A stretch of 29,948 nt of DNA, from positions 1 through 29,948 of the forward strand of contig JAKEHF010000040.1 of assembly GCA_022615295.1 (NCBI GenBank), given 5' to 3'. Origin of the DNA: Actinomycetota bacterium (GTDB lineage: Bacteria; Actinomycetota; Acidimicrobiia; Spongiisociales; ZC4RG35). Below the pieces are notes generated by a model, which saw only the letters and a program-made list of their open reading frames with translations, did no database searches and had not been told where the DNA came from. This document shows positions 9,337 through 20,625 of this stretch, one piece after another. Position numbers and translations under genes: made by a program. The stretch's first letter is position 1. Each line of letters begins with the position of its first letter.

Positions 9337-10734
9337 TCAGCGACGTTCGAGCTGGAACTTGTCGGCGGTCACCGGCACCTCGGCCGGGTACCTCCCGGAG
9401 AGACAGGCCGTGCAGAACCCGGCGTCGGCAACCCCGGTCGCTTCGAGCAGAGCCTCGAGCGACAGATAGCCGAGGCTGTCCGCACCCAGATGGTGTCGGA
9501 TCTCTTCGATGCCTAGTCGGGCGGCGATGAGGGTGTCCCGGTCGGAGGTGTCCATCCCGTAGAAGCAGGGCCACCGATAGGGAGGCGATGAGATGCGCAG
9601 ATGGACCTCGGCTGCCCCCGCTTCCCGCACCATCGAGACGAGCTTCTTGGTCGTCGACCCCCTGACTATCGAGTCGTCGACCAGAACCACCCTTCTCCCC
9701 CGGAGCGTCTCCGGTATCGGATTCAGCTTGAGTCTGATCCCCTGGTCTCTGAGGAGCTGGGTCGGCTCGATGAACGTCCGACCCACGTAGCGATTCTTGA
9801 CCAGCCCGTCCGTGTAGGGGATGCCGCTCGCAGCGGCGTATCCCTGAGCTGCCGGGATCCCCGACTCGGGGACGGGGACCACCACATCGGCGTCGACCGG
9901 GTGCTCCTCACAGAGACGGCGGCCCATCTCGTGGCGGGCGGCGTGGATGCTCCTCCCGTACATGTGGGTGTCGGGACGGGCGAAGTAGACGAACTCGAAG
10001 AGACACAGACCCGGCTTAACCTCGGGGAACGGGTGATAGCTGCGGGGGCCGCCGGCGTCGATGACGAGCATCTCACCGGCCGCAACCTCGCGGACGAATC
10101 GGGCTCCGACGAGGTCGAGGGCCGCGCTCTCCGAGGCGATGACCCACCCCCCGTCGGGGAGGGAGCCGAGACAGAGTGGTCGGAACCCGTGAGGGTCACG
10201 GAGACCGACGATCCGTCCCTGGTCCATGAGCACAAGGGAGAAGGCGCCCTGCCAGGTGGGGGCGACCCCCATCAGCGCCAGCTCCAGACCCCGGGCGTCG
10301 GAGCGTCCGTCGTCGATGGCCCGCGCCAGGCCCTCCGCCATCAGGTCGGAATCGGTGGTCGCCTCCGACACCCCGAGAGCGGCTGCAAGCTCGGCGGTAT
10401 TGGTGAGGTTGCCGTTGTGACCGAGGGCGACGCTGGTGGATCCGACCTGACGATGGGCCGGCTGGGCGTTGGCCCATGTCGTCGATCCCATGGTCGAGTA
10501 GCGGGTGTGGCCGATGCCGAGATGGCCGTCGAGACCGGCCAGGGCCGGTTCGTCGAACACCTGGGGCACCAACCCCAGGTCCTTGAACACGGTGACGGTC
10601 TCGCCGTCGGAGGTGGCGATTCCGGCCGACTCCTGACCGCGATGCTGGAGGGCGAACAACCCGAAGTAGATCAGATGTGAGACACGTTGGGTCGTCGAGT
10701 AGGCAGCGAAGACACCACAAGCCTCACCGGGCAC
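9337..10734 (-). CDS. purF: Amidophosphoribosyltransferase (Fe-S type)
   Basis: Ntn Cys in CGVF, LQHRGQESAG, GHTRYST, HNGN and the PRPP loop VDDSIVRGST. Fe-S cysteines in CLFE, PCFYG and CTAC. Confidence 0.97.
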   Translation of the reverse strand: MPGEACGVFAAYSTTQRVSHLIYFGLFALQHRGQESAGIATSDGETVTVFKDLGLVPQVFDEPALAGLDGHLGIGHTRYSTMGSTTWANAQPAHRQVGSTSVALGHNGNLTNTAELAAALGVSEATTDSDLMAEGLARAIDDGRSDARGLELALMGVAPTWQGAFSLVLMDQGRIVGLRDPHGFRPLCLGSLPDGGWVIASESAALDLVGARFVREVAAGEMLVIDAGGPRSYHPFPEVKPGLCLFEFVYFARPDTHMYGRSIHAARHEMGRRLCEEHPVDADVVVPVPESGIPAAQGYAAASGIPYTDGLVKNRYVGRTFIEPTQLLRDQGIRLKLNPIPETLRGRRVVLVDDSIVRGSTTKKLVSMVREAGAAEVHLRISSPPYRWPCFYGMDTSDRDTLIAARLGIEEIRHHLGADSLGYLSLEALLEATGVADAGFCTACLSGRYPAEVPVTADKFQLERR

Positions 10735-10743
10735 CGACCCATC

Positions 10744-11307
10744 CTAGGGCCGGAACCGGCTCAGCCCGTCCTCGAGACGATCGAGTGTGTCCACTGAGAA
10801 CCAGGATCGGCCGTCCTCTCCCCATCGGCCCCACTCCTCGGGGGTGACGGGGTGAAAGGAGACGCGGTCGAGGAGACTCTGTATCGACCCCCCCGCCGCC
10901 GCCTCCTCGACGGCCTGGGTGGCGATGACCGCCGGGTAGACGGCACACGTGACCTGACGCACCCCGTCACGATCGACCGGCACCACCGGGACCTCAGTGG
11001 CGAGAGCGGCAAGACCGGCGAGTGTCGCCGCAAGCACGAAGGGCTGGTCGACGGCGACCACCAGGACCTGGTCGTCTTCGGTTCGGGTCAGAGCAGTTGC
11101 GATCCCGGCGAGGGGCCCTTCGGCATGGACCGCGTCGGACCAGGATTCCCACCCCTCCCGATCCGGTCCGAGGACAACGACCCGTCCGGTCACCTCCGCG
11201 AGGGCCGCCCCGACCCAATCCAGCATGGTGCGACCGGCCACGATCACCTCCGTCTTGTCCCGACCCATGCGGGTGCTCCGCCCTCCGGTCAGGACCGCCC
11301 CGAGCAT
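10744..11307 (-). CDS. mobA: Molybdenum cofactor guanylyltransferase (MobA-like nucleotidyltransferase)
   Basis: AVLTGGRSTRMGRDK, GPLAGI and AVDQPF. TGATG coupling to pfkA. Confidence 0.82.
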   Translation of the reverse strand: MLGAVLTGGRSTRMGRDKTEVIVAGRTMLDWVGAALAEVTGRVVVLGPDREGWESWSDAVHAEGPLAGIATALTRTEDDQVLVVAVDQPFVLAATLAGLAALATEVPVVPVDRDGVRQVTCAVYPAVIATQAVEEAAAGGSIQSLLDRVSFHPVTPEEWGRWGEDGRSWFSVDTLDRLEDGLSRFRP

Positions 11308-12431
11308 CAGTCGCCCAGGGCGATACCGAGATGACGTGCCGTGCTCAGCCAGGCGTGGTCGAGGGGCACGGTCTTGACCACGCCTGCGATCTCCTTGAGT
11401 GGAACCGGCTCCGTGGTGTCTCCCCGGGAGGCCACCATCACGCCGTGGACCCCGTCGGCGATGTAATCGGCGCAGGCCGACCCCAGCCGTGTCGCCAGGA
11501 GACGGTCCGCCGGTGACGGGGTGCCACCCCGTTGCACATGACCCAGGATCGTCACCCGCGACTCGAGCCCCGTCATCTCGCTCAGCTCCGAGGCCAGTGT
11601 CGCCGTGCCGTCTACCCGGCGTTCCAGATCTTTGATCTGACGTTTCAGTTCGGCTCGCTCCTCGCCGGTGGCGGCGTCCTTCCTCTCCACCAGCTCGGCA
11701 TGTCGGACGGCGTCCTGACGGGATATGGCGCCTTCGGCCACGGCCACGATCGAGAAGCTGGAGCCTGCGGCGCGACGCGCCGCTATCGAAGAGGCCACCG
11801 CCTCGACGTCGTAGGGGATCTCGGGGATGAGGATGACGTCGGCCCCGGCGGCGATGCCGGCGCCGAGGGCCAGCCAGCCCGCGGTGTGACCCATCAGCTC
11901 GACCACCATGATCCGATGATGGCTGTGCGCCGTCGAGTGGAGACGGTCGACGGCCTCGGTGGCGATGGTCATCGCCGTGTCGAAGCCGAAGGTTATGTCG
12001 GTGCCGGCGACGTCGTTGTCGATCGTCTTCGGGATGGTCAACACCCGGACCCCGATCTCCGCCAGCTTGAGGGCGTTGCGCATGGTGCCGTCGCCGCCAA
12101 GACAGACCAGGGCCTCGAGCTCGTGTTTCTCGACGACTTCACGCATCACCGGGGTCATGTCGAGGGTCCGCCCTTCCCCCAGGTCCATCTTGTCGACCTT
12201 CACCCTGCTGGTTCCGAGGATGGTCCCGCCCCTGGTGAGGATGCCGGAGAGATCATCCGAGCTGAGCCTCGTGAAGCGGTTCTGCATGAGCCCGAGGAAG
12301 CCGTCGTGGAATCCGATGACATGCATCCCGTAGGCGCGTTGCGCAGACTTGCCGACCGCCCGTATGGCGGCATTGAGACCCGGGCTGTCCCCGCCAGCGG
12401 TGAGGATCCCGACGGTTCGGGGTGCGGTCAC
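11307..12431 (-). CDS. pfkA: 6-phosphofructokinase, group III (G104/K124 signature, probably ATP-dependent)
   Basis: [46 protein letters not shown] and LGHVQRGG. Confidence 0.93.
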   Translation of the reverse strand: MTAPRTVGILTAGGDSPGLNAAIRAVGKSAQRAYGMHVIGFHDGFLGLMQNRFTRLSSDDLSGILTRGGTILGTSRVKVDKMDLGEGRTLDMTPVMREVVEKHELEALVCLGGDGTMRNALKLAEIGVRVLTIPKTIDNDVAGTDITFGFDTAMTIATEAVDRLHSTAHSHHRIMVVELMGHTAGWLALGAGIAAGADVILIPEIPYDVEAVASSIAARRAAGSSFSIVAVAEGAISRQDAVRHAELVERKDAATGEERAELKRQIKDLERRVDGTATLASELSEMTGLESRVTILGHVQRGGTPSPADRLLATRLGSACADYIADGVHGVMVASRGDTTEPVPLKEIAGVVKTVPLDHAWLSTARHLGIALGD

Positions 12432-12444
12432 CGTACCGATGGTA
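12432..12444 (-). promoter_or_regulatory. Putative internal leaderless promoter for pfkA
   Basis: TACCAT (12444-12439) lies 7 nt before GTG 12431, within a 44-nt gap in an otherwise overlapping operon. Confidence 0.5.
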
Positions 12445-12475
12445 TCGACATCGCGGTCGTGATCCGTACCGCTGG

Positions 12476-14616
<2,141 letters not shown>

Positions 14617-14620
<4 letters not shown>

Positions 14621-15261
14621 ACCGGGACCGGTGCCCCGAGGAATCCCGAGAGCAGCACCAGCCCGTCATCGGATCCGAGGAGTGGGTCGCTGGCGCGCTC
14701 GGGGTGGGGCATCACCCCGACAACGTTGCCCTCCGCACTGGCCACTGCCGCGGCGCCGGCCTGGGAGCCGTTGGGGTCGTCGACATAACGGAGGACGATG
14801 CGGCCCTGGCCCGTGGGGTCGACCCAGTTCCCCTCGTAGGAGTTGAGCGGGATCCTGAGAACTGACCCCAACCTGGTGCCGGCGGTGAGAAAGGTGCCGG
14901 TGTCGGCCACCTCGACCTCGACGAACCGGCATATGAATGCCAGGTCGCGGTTGGCGATGAAGGCCCCGGGGAGAAGCCCGGCCTCGCAGAGGATCTGGAA
15001 CCCGTTGCAGATCCCGAGGACGGGAGCCCCCACTGCCGCCAGCCTGGCCACCTCGGCCATCACCGGGGAGAACCTGGCAATCGCCCCCGTGCGCAGGGCG
15101 TCACCGTGGGCGAACCCGCCGGGGAGGACCACTCCGTCGAACCCGGTCAGATCGGTCTCTCGATGCCAGACGAGATGCGTCTCCGCCCCTAGGTCGTGGA
15201 GAACGTCGGCCACGTCGCGCTCGCAGTTGCTCCCAGGGAATACGACTACGGCGACCCTCAT
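14617..15261 (-). CDS. purQ: FGAM synthase glutaminase subunit
   Basis: The real start is ATG 15261 (overlaps the purS stop). VVVFPGSNC, LPGGF, catalytic GICNGFQ and MPHPER. Confidence 0.95.
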
Positions 15262-15497
15262 CCCAGCACCACCAGGTAGTCCTCGAGGACCGGGTTGGCG
15301 AGGAGCCGGCTGCACATGACGTCGACCCGGTCCCGTACCCGATCCTGGTCGTCGTCGTCGACGTCGAGATGGATCACACGGTCCATCCTGACTTCGGCCA
15401 CCTCGGTGAACCCGAGCTCGTGAAGGGCGCGGCGCACCGTGGTCCCCTCGGGGTCGGCGATCTCGGGCCGGCGGTTGATGACTACGGTGACCTTCAT
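15258..15497 (-). CDS. purS: FGAM synthase subunit PurS
   Basis: DPEG...AL, C-x-x-LLANPVLEDY; 79 aa; lies between purC and purQ. Confidence 0.95.
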   Translation of the reverse strand: MKVTVVINRRPEIADPEGTTVRRALHELGFTEVAEVRMDRVIHLDVDDDDQDRVRDRVDVMCSRLLANPVLEDYLVVLG

Positions 15498-16363
15498 AGA
15501 TAGTCCTCGAAACCGGTGCCGGTGATCCGCTCATAGGCCTCGACGTAGCGGGCCCGGGTCCCCTCGACCACCTCCTCGGGAAGATCGGGTGGTGGCGGGT
15601 TGTGGTCCCAGGGCTGGGTGTCGAGCCATTCCCTGACGTACTGCTTGTCGTAGGAGGGCACCTCGTGACCCGGCGTCCACAGGTCGGCCGGCCAGTACCG
15701 CGACGAGTCCGGCGTGAGCACCTCGTCGATGAGGAGGAGCTCACCGTCGGCGAACCCGAACTCGAACTTGGTGTCGGCGAGGATGACACCGCGTTCGGCT
15801 GCGTAGTCGGAGGCGCGCCGATATATGTCCACCGATCGAGACCGCAGCTCCTCGTAGAGGGCGTCCCCGAGTAGCCGTCGGGTGTCTGTCTCGGTGAGGT
15901 TCTCGTCATGGCCGGTGGCGGCCTTGGTGGCCGGAGTGAAGATCGGGTCGGCCAGCTTCTCAGCGAGTCTGAGCCCGGGGGGGAGATGCTCGGTCGCCGG
16001 CCCGCCGCCTGCCTGGTACTCCCTCCACGAGGAGCCGTAGAGATAACCCCGGACGACACACTCGACGGGTATTACCTCGGCCCTGCGCACGATCATGGCC
16101 CGGCCTCGCAGCCACTCGAGCTCCTCCGTGTCGAGCCCGGGCACCGTGGCGAGGTCGTGACCGATGAGATGACAGGGGACGTCGAGGAGATCGAAGAAGT
16201 GAAGACTCAGCCCGGTGAGTACCTTCCCCTTGTCGGGTATCTCCTGGTTGAGGATCACGTCGTAGGCCGAGATCCGGTCGGTGGCCACGAAGAGGAGCCG
16301 GTCCTCGTCGATCTCGTAGATCTCCCTCACTTTGCCCGATGCAAGATGTGGCAGGGCCGGCAC
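15494..16363 (-). CDS. purC: SAICAR synthetase
   Basis: SGKVREIY, TDRISAYD, IPVECVVRGYLYGS, FTPATKA, LADTKFEFG, DEVLTPDSSRYW and DKQ. The start is placed at GTG 16363 (TACCCT 8 nt upstream); the track ORF's extension to 16612 is probably non-coding. Confidence 0.94.
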   Translation of the reverse strand: MPALPHLASGKVREIYEIDEDRLLFVATDRISAYDVILNQEIPDKGKVLTGLSLHFFDLLDVPCHLIGHDLATVPGLDTEELEWLRGRAMIVRRAEVIPVECVVRGYLYGSSWREYQAGGGPATEHLPPGLRLAEKLADPIFTPATKAATGHDENLTETDTRRLLGDALYEELRSRSVDIYRRASDYAAERGVILADTKFEFGFADGELLLIDEVLTPDSSRYWPADLWTPGHEVPSYDKQYVREWLDTQPWDHNPPPPDLPEEVVEGTRARYVEAYERITGTGFEDYL

Positions 16364-16385
16364 GCCGCCCGAGGGTAGCCGTGCA

Positions 16386-16434
16386 AACCTCAGGTTGTGG
16401 CGCGCCCTCTGGGGTACACAACTCTGTAGAGAAT
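16386..16434. repeat. Copy 2 of the 49-bp dispersed degenerate repeat, in the purC/paaI divergent region
   Basis: AACCTCAGGTTGTGGCGCGCCCTCTGGGGTACACAACTCTGTAGAGAAT; same orientation as the copy at 320-368. Confidence 0.85.
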
Positions 16435-16523
16435 GCGTGGGCCCTCTCCCCTGCCGCCCTACGGCGTGGGTCCCCGCCCCAACTGGTGACCCCCGGTCAT
16501 CGGCGGCACCTAGCCTGACTCGA

Positions 16524-16928
16524 GTGTCAGGCTTCGATCGAGTCCGCGTCGAGGAGATGCTCGCCGCCGATCCATACGCCGCCAACCTCGGCGTTGTCGT
16601 GGACACGGTCACCGAGGATCAGATCGTGGTCTCGATGGAGGTCACCGACCGTCATCTGAACTTCCTCGGCGTGAGTCATGGCGGAGCGGTGTTCTCGCTC
16701 GCCGACTGCGCCTTCTCGCTTGCATCCAACTCCGCCGGCCGGGCGCTTGCCATCGACACCCACCTCGTCCTGACCGCGGCGAGCCGCCACGGTGACCGTC
16801 TCCAGGCCACGGTGCGTGAGTTGTCCCGGGGCGGCACCCTGGGGACCTATCGCGCGGAGGTGACCCGCCAGGACGGTCGTCTTGTGGGTCTCTTCACCGG
16901 CACCGTCCACATCTCCGGGGACAGCTGA
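16524..16928 (+). CDS. paaI: PaaI family hotdog thioesterase
   Basis: HLNFLGVSHGGAVFSLADCAFSLASNS. The start is placed at GTG 16524, with TAGCCT (16511-16516) 7 nt upstream. Confidence 0.82.
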   Translation: MSGFDRVRVEEMLAADPYAANLGVVVDTVTEDQIVVSMEVTDRHLNFLGVSHGGAVFSLADCAFSLASNSAGRALAIDTHLVLTAASRHGDRLQATVRELSRGGTLGTYRAEVTRQDGRLVGLFTGTVHISGDS

Positions 16929-16956
16929 TCACCAGCATTTAGCATCGGTGCGGGCT

Positions 16957-18030
16957 GTGTCTCTCATCAGGTACACCGTGTTCCACCCGTTCCGTGTGTT
17001 TGCCATCGTTCTCATCGGCGCGCTAACGGGCCTGGGGGCGTTCTACACGTACAAGATCCAGTCCACCTTCGAGATGGTCGCGATCGAGCTCTTCGATCCG
17101 GCTGAGGCCCGTGACGCCATAGGGACGATTCCCGACTTCTCGGACCTAGTCGACGAGCCGGGGGTGGTCGATCCCGAGCCACCAACGGAGTCGGGGGTCC
17201 GTGACCCTCGGGAAGTCTTCCCGACCGCGTTCGGGGAGCCCATCGAAGACGCGGTCTTTGACAGCTACCTACTCCTGGGGACGGACGCCTCGGGGTTCTT
17301 GGCCGACGCCATCATCCTCGCTCTGCAACCCGCGACGGGAGGGTCTCCGATCATGGTCAGCCTTCCCCGCGACCTCTATGTCTGGAACTTGTGCAAGAAC
17401 CGTTTCAGCAGGCTCAACGAGGGTCTTGGCGGTTGTCCGGACAAGGCTTCGGGGGCCGAGCTGATGGCCATCATGGTCGAGGACTACACCGGGATCCCGG
17501 TCGACCACCTGGCGAGGGTCAACTTCGGCGGTTTCGCCAGGATCGTCGACACCATGGGCGGGATTCGGGTCTGTGTCGACCGTCCCACTCGCGATCTCCT
17601 ATCTCATCTCGAGCCCTTGGAGCCGGGCTGTCACACCGTCGACGGAGAGGTTGCCCTGGCCTGGGTCCGCTCGCGGCACCCCGAGGAGCTCTTCGACGAC
17701 GAGTGGCGCTCTGTCGGCGGCTCGGACTTCGGGCGACAGACGCGACAGCAGGACGTCCTGTTCCAGTTGGCGGCCAAGGCGGCGAGGTTCTCGAGCCCCA
17801 ACGCCCTGGTGGACCGTCTCTCCGCGGTGGCCTCGTCGGTCCGTCTCGACTCGGAGTGGACCTTTGGCCAGGCGATCTCCGTCGGTTGGCGCTACCGGGG
17901 GATAACCAAGGACGAGGTTCGCCGCTTCACCATCGAGGTCGACGACTATCGGAGCCCTGAGGGCGCCGCGGTGTTGGTACCCGAGCGCACCTTCACCGAC
18001 CAGCTCGCCGAGGTGTACGAGCTCGAGTAG
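16957..18030 (+). CDS. LytR-CpsA-Psr (LCP) family cell-envelope glycopolymer transferase
   Basis: N-terminal TM segment; LLLGTD, VSLPRD, VNFGGF...VDTMGGI, ALAWVRSR and SDFGRQTRQQ. Start uncertain (GTG 16948 or 16957). Confidence 0.88.
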   Translation: MSLIRYTVFHPFRVFAIVLIGALTGLGAFYTYKIQSTFEMVAIELFDPAEARDAIGTIPDFSDLVDEPGVVDPEPPTESGVRDPREVFPTAFGEPIEDAVFDSYLLLGTDASGFLADAIILALQPATGGSPIMVSLPRDLYVWNLCKNRFSRLNEGLGGCPDKASGAELMAIMVEDYTGIPVDHLARVNFGGFARIVDTMGGIRVCVDRPTRDLLSHLEPLEPGCHTVDGEVALAWVRSRHPEELFDDEWRSVGGSDFGRQTRQQDVLFQLAAKAARFSSPNALVDRLSAVASSVRLDSEWTFGQAISVGWRYRGITKDEVRRFTIEVDDYRSPEGAAVLVPERTFTDQLAEVYELE

Positions 18031-18042
18031 TCGCGGGCACTG

Positions 18043-19338
18043 TCAGGAGAGGCCGTCGAGACGCTCGAAGACGGTGGCGATCCCGATCTCGACCCGATCC
18101 ATGGTGAACCAGCTATCGAGGACCCCACCGGGCAGATCGAGCTCGGGATCGGCGGCGACGAGGTCGCGGAGATGGCCCTTCCCGGCCCAGGCGTCCATGG
18201 CGTGTCGCTGCACCACCCGATAAGCCTGGTCGCGGCTCATCCCGGTCCCCACGAGACCGAGAAGCACGGCCTGGCTGAATACGAGCCCGTTGGTCCCTTC
18301 CAGATTCGACTTCATCCGCTCGCCATCCACGACAAGGTTCTCCATGAGGTCGGTGAGCCGAACCAGCATGTAGTGGAGACAGATGGAGGCGTCGGGGAGA
18401 GCCACCCGCTCCGCCGAGGAGTGGGAGATGTCGCGCTCGTGCCACAACGCCATGTCCTCCAGCCCCACCTGGGCGTACCCCCGGAGCAGCCGGGCCATGC
18501 CGCTCAGACGCTCAGCGAGGATCGGGTTGCGTTTGTGGGGCATTGCCGACGAGCCCTTTTGGCCTTGCTTGAATCCCTCCCGCACCTCGGCGACCTCTGA
18601 CCTCTGCAAATGACGGATCTCGGTGGCGATCCGCTCCACGGTCCCACCGACCACGGCCAGGGTCGTCAGATACTGGGCATGCCGGTCGCGACCTGTGATC
18701 TGGGTCGATGCCGGCTCGACTTCGAGACCCATCCGGCGACAGACGTGCTCCTCCACATGTGGAGGGACGTGGGAGTAGGTCCCAACCGCTCCCGAGACCT
18801 TTCCGACGGCGACGACGGCTCGGGCCGCGGCGAGCCGCTCCAGGTCACGATGTAGCTCGAAGCACCAGCTGGCGAGCTTGAGCCCGAAGGTGGTCGGCTC
18901 GGCCCACACCCCGTGGGTGCGCCCGATCATGAAGGTCCTGCGATGCTCCACCGCCATGTCCTTCACCACCTCCAGCAATCGCTCGAGCGCGGGAATGAGC
19001 CGGTGGCACGATTGGGCGAGGATGGCCCCGCCCGCGGTGTCGATCACGTCCGACGAGGTCAACCCGTAGTGGACCCACGCCGTCGCCTCCCCGCCGGCCG
19101 ATTCAGAGAGGAGGTCGACAAAGGCGGCGAGGTCGTGGTTGGTGACCTTCTCGCGCTCGGCCACGGCCTCCGGCGTCGGACAGGGTGCCGCGGCGACGGT
19201 GGCGGCGAGGCCCTCGGGCACGATCCCCAGTGTCTCCCAGGCCTCGAGGGCGTGAACCTCGACCCTCTTCCATGCCTCGAGACGGTTGGCCTCCGACCAG
19301 ACCTCACCCATCTCCGGGAGGGTGTAACGCTCGATCAC
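18043..19338 (-). CDS. purB: Adenylosuccinate lyase
   Basis: [31 protein letters not shown], signature [11 protein letters not shown] and [10 protein letters not shown]. Start placed at GTG 19338. Confidence 0.96.
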   Translation of the reverse strand: MIERYTLPEMGEVWSEANRLEAWKRVEVHALEAWETLGIVPEGLAATVAAAPCPTPEAVAEREKVTNHDLAAFVDLLSESAGGEATAWVHYGLTSSDVIDTAGGAILAQSCHRLIPALERLLEVVKDMAVEHRRTFMIGRTHGVWAEPTTFGLKLASWCFELHRDLERLAAARAVVAVGKVSGAVGTYSHVPPHVEEHVCRRMGLEVEPASTQITGRDRHAQYLTTLAVVGGTVERIATEIRHLQRSEVAEVREGFKQGQKGSSAMPHKRNPILAERLSGMARLLRGYAQVGLEDMALWHERDISHSSAERVALPDASICLHYMLVRLTDLMENLVVDGERMKSNLEGTNGLVFSQAVLLGLVGTGMSRDQAYRVVQRHAMDAWAGKGHLRDLVAADPELDLPGGVLDSWFTMDRVEIGIATVFERLDGLS

Positions 19339-19379
19339 TGTCTCGCATGATGGCATGACGGTTACCGTCGCACTTCCCG

Positions 19380-20558
19380 ATGCGACGACTAACCCTCGAC
19401 CAGGCGAGACGGTATGCCCTCGCCGCCCAGGGCATGACCGAGCCCCGACCGTCGGGGAGGATCGACGCCCGTCACTTCAGAAGGGTCGTCGGCCGGATCG
19501 GTGTCGTCCAGCTCGACTCGGTGAACGTCTTTGCCCGGACCCACTTCATGCCCTTCCTCAGCAGGCTCGGTCCCTACGACCGCGACCGTCTCAACCGTTG
19601 GCTCTGGGGCTCGGGGGAGATGTTCGAATACTGGGCACACATGGCGTCGGTTGTGCCTTCCGCGCACCATCGTCTCTTTCGGTGGCGAATGGATCGGGAA
19701 GGGATATGGAAGACGTTCCAGGAGACACTCGACGCCAAGCCCGACTATCTCGACCGGGTGCTCGACCAGGTGCGCGTCTTCGGGCCCATCCAAACCAGTG
19801 AGCTCGACGATCCGGGACACAAACGGGGCGACGACGCCATGTGGAACTGGAGCGAGGGGAAGATGGCCCTCGAGTACTTGTTCATGAAGGGCGCCATCAC
19901 CATCGCGGCACGGCCCAACTTCACGAGGGTCTACGACATCACCGACAGGGTGTTGGCGAGTCGGCACCTCGACGGGGAGACCCCGCCGATCGAGGAGGCT
20001 CAGGGCGAGCTGCTCCTGATGGCGGCCCGGTCTCTCGGTGTGGGAACGGCCGAAGATCTCGCCGACTACTACAGGATCAGGATGCCGGAGGCCCGGCCCC
20101 TCATCAAGGAGCTGGCGGCTGCAGGGAGGCTCATCGGGGTCGAGGTGGAGGGGTGGGGTCCGCGACCGGCGTATCTGCACCCGGAGGCGGCCCTCCCCCG
20201 CCGACCGGTGGGGACGGCGCTTCTCTCACCCTTCGACAACCTCGTCTTCTTCCGTGACCGTGTCGAACGCCTGTGGGACTTCCACTACAGGATCGAGATC
20301 TATGTGCCGCCGTCGAAACGGGTCTACGGCTACTACGTGCTCCCTTTCCTCATGGACGGCCGACTCGTTGCCAGGGTTGACCTCAAGACCGACCGTCAGA
20401 CCCGAGCCCTCCTCGTCCGTGGCGCCTTCGCCGAGCCCGGCGTCGATCGAGTGGCGGTGGGACTAGCACTGGCAGAGGAGTTGGAGATGGTGGCGGCCTG
20501 GCTCGGTCTCGACGACGTCAAGGTGAGCCGAAACGGGGACCTCTCCACCTTTCTGTGA
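19380..20558 (+). CDS. ycaQ: YcaQ/AlkZ (HTH_42) family DNA interstrand-crosslink glycosylase, YcaQ-like QxD subtype
   Basis: VQLDSVNV (Q-x-D), FEYWAH, LLSPFDNL, YRIEIYVP...RVYGYYVLPFL and ARVDLK. Confidence 0.85.
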   Translation: MRRLTLDQARRYALAAQGMTEPRPSGRIDARHFRRVVGRIGVVQLDSVNVFARTHFMPFLSRLGPYDRDRLNRWLWGSGEMFEYWAHMASVVPSAHHRLFRWRMDREGIWKTFQETLDAKPDYLDRVLDQVRVFGPIQTSELDDPGHKRGDDAMWNWSEGKMALEYLFMKGAITIAARPNFTRVYDITDRVLASRHLDGETPPIEEAQGELLLMAARSLGVGTAEDLADYYRIRMPEARPLIKELAAAGRLIGVEVEGWGPRPAYLHPEAALPRRPVGTALLSPFDNLVFFRDRVERLWDFHYRIEIYVPPSKRVYGYYVLPFLMDGRLVARVDLKTDRQTRALLVRGAFAEPGVDRVAVGLALAEELEMVAAWLGLDDVKVSRNGDLSTFL

Positions 20559-20594
20559 AGATCTTCACGTATATAGCCCCGGCGGATCTTCACG
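20555..20594. other. 14-bp perfect palindrome plus a 10-bp direct repeat in a convergent intergenic region; possible bidirectional terminator or binding site
   Basis: GTGAAGATCTTCAC at 20555-20568; GATCTTCACG at 20560-20569 and 20585-20594; TATATA lies between them. Confidence 0.5.
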
Positions 20595-20625
20595 GAATGG
20601 AACGTCCTGACGGGTCGTCTCGTCG

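Noticed and set aside
12431-12471. CCGTACCG repeated at 12431 and 12464
   Set aside because: An 8-bp GC-rich match is plausible by chance.
14821-14856. PurQ has LNSYEG in place of the common AHGEG
   Set aside because: Actinobacterial PurQ often deviates here, and the Cys/His/Glu triad is intact.
16384-16430. NrdR-box or DtxR/IdeR-like operator (CACAAC, AACCT/AGGTT)
   Set aside because: Half-site spacing and symmetry do not fit either consensus, and copy 1 is not upstream of any gene.
16364-16523. Riboswitch upstream of purC (ZTP, PRPP/ykkC, purine or TPP class)
   Set aside because: I could not find the consensus cores on the minus strand, and a candidate -10 lies 8 nt from the start, leaving no leader. 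An Infernal search would be definitive.
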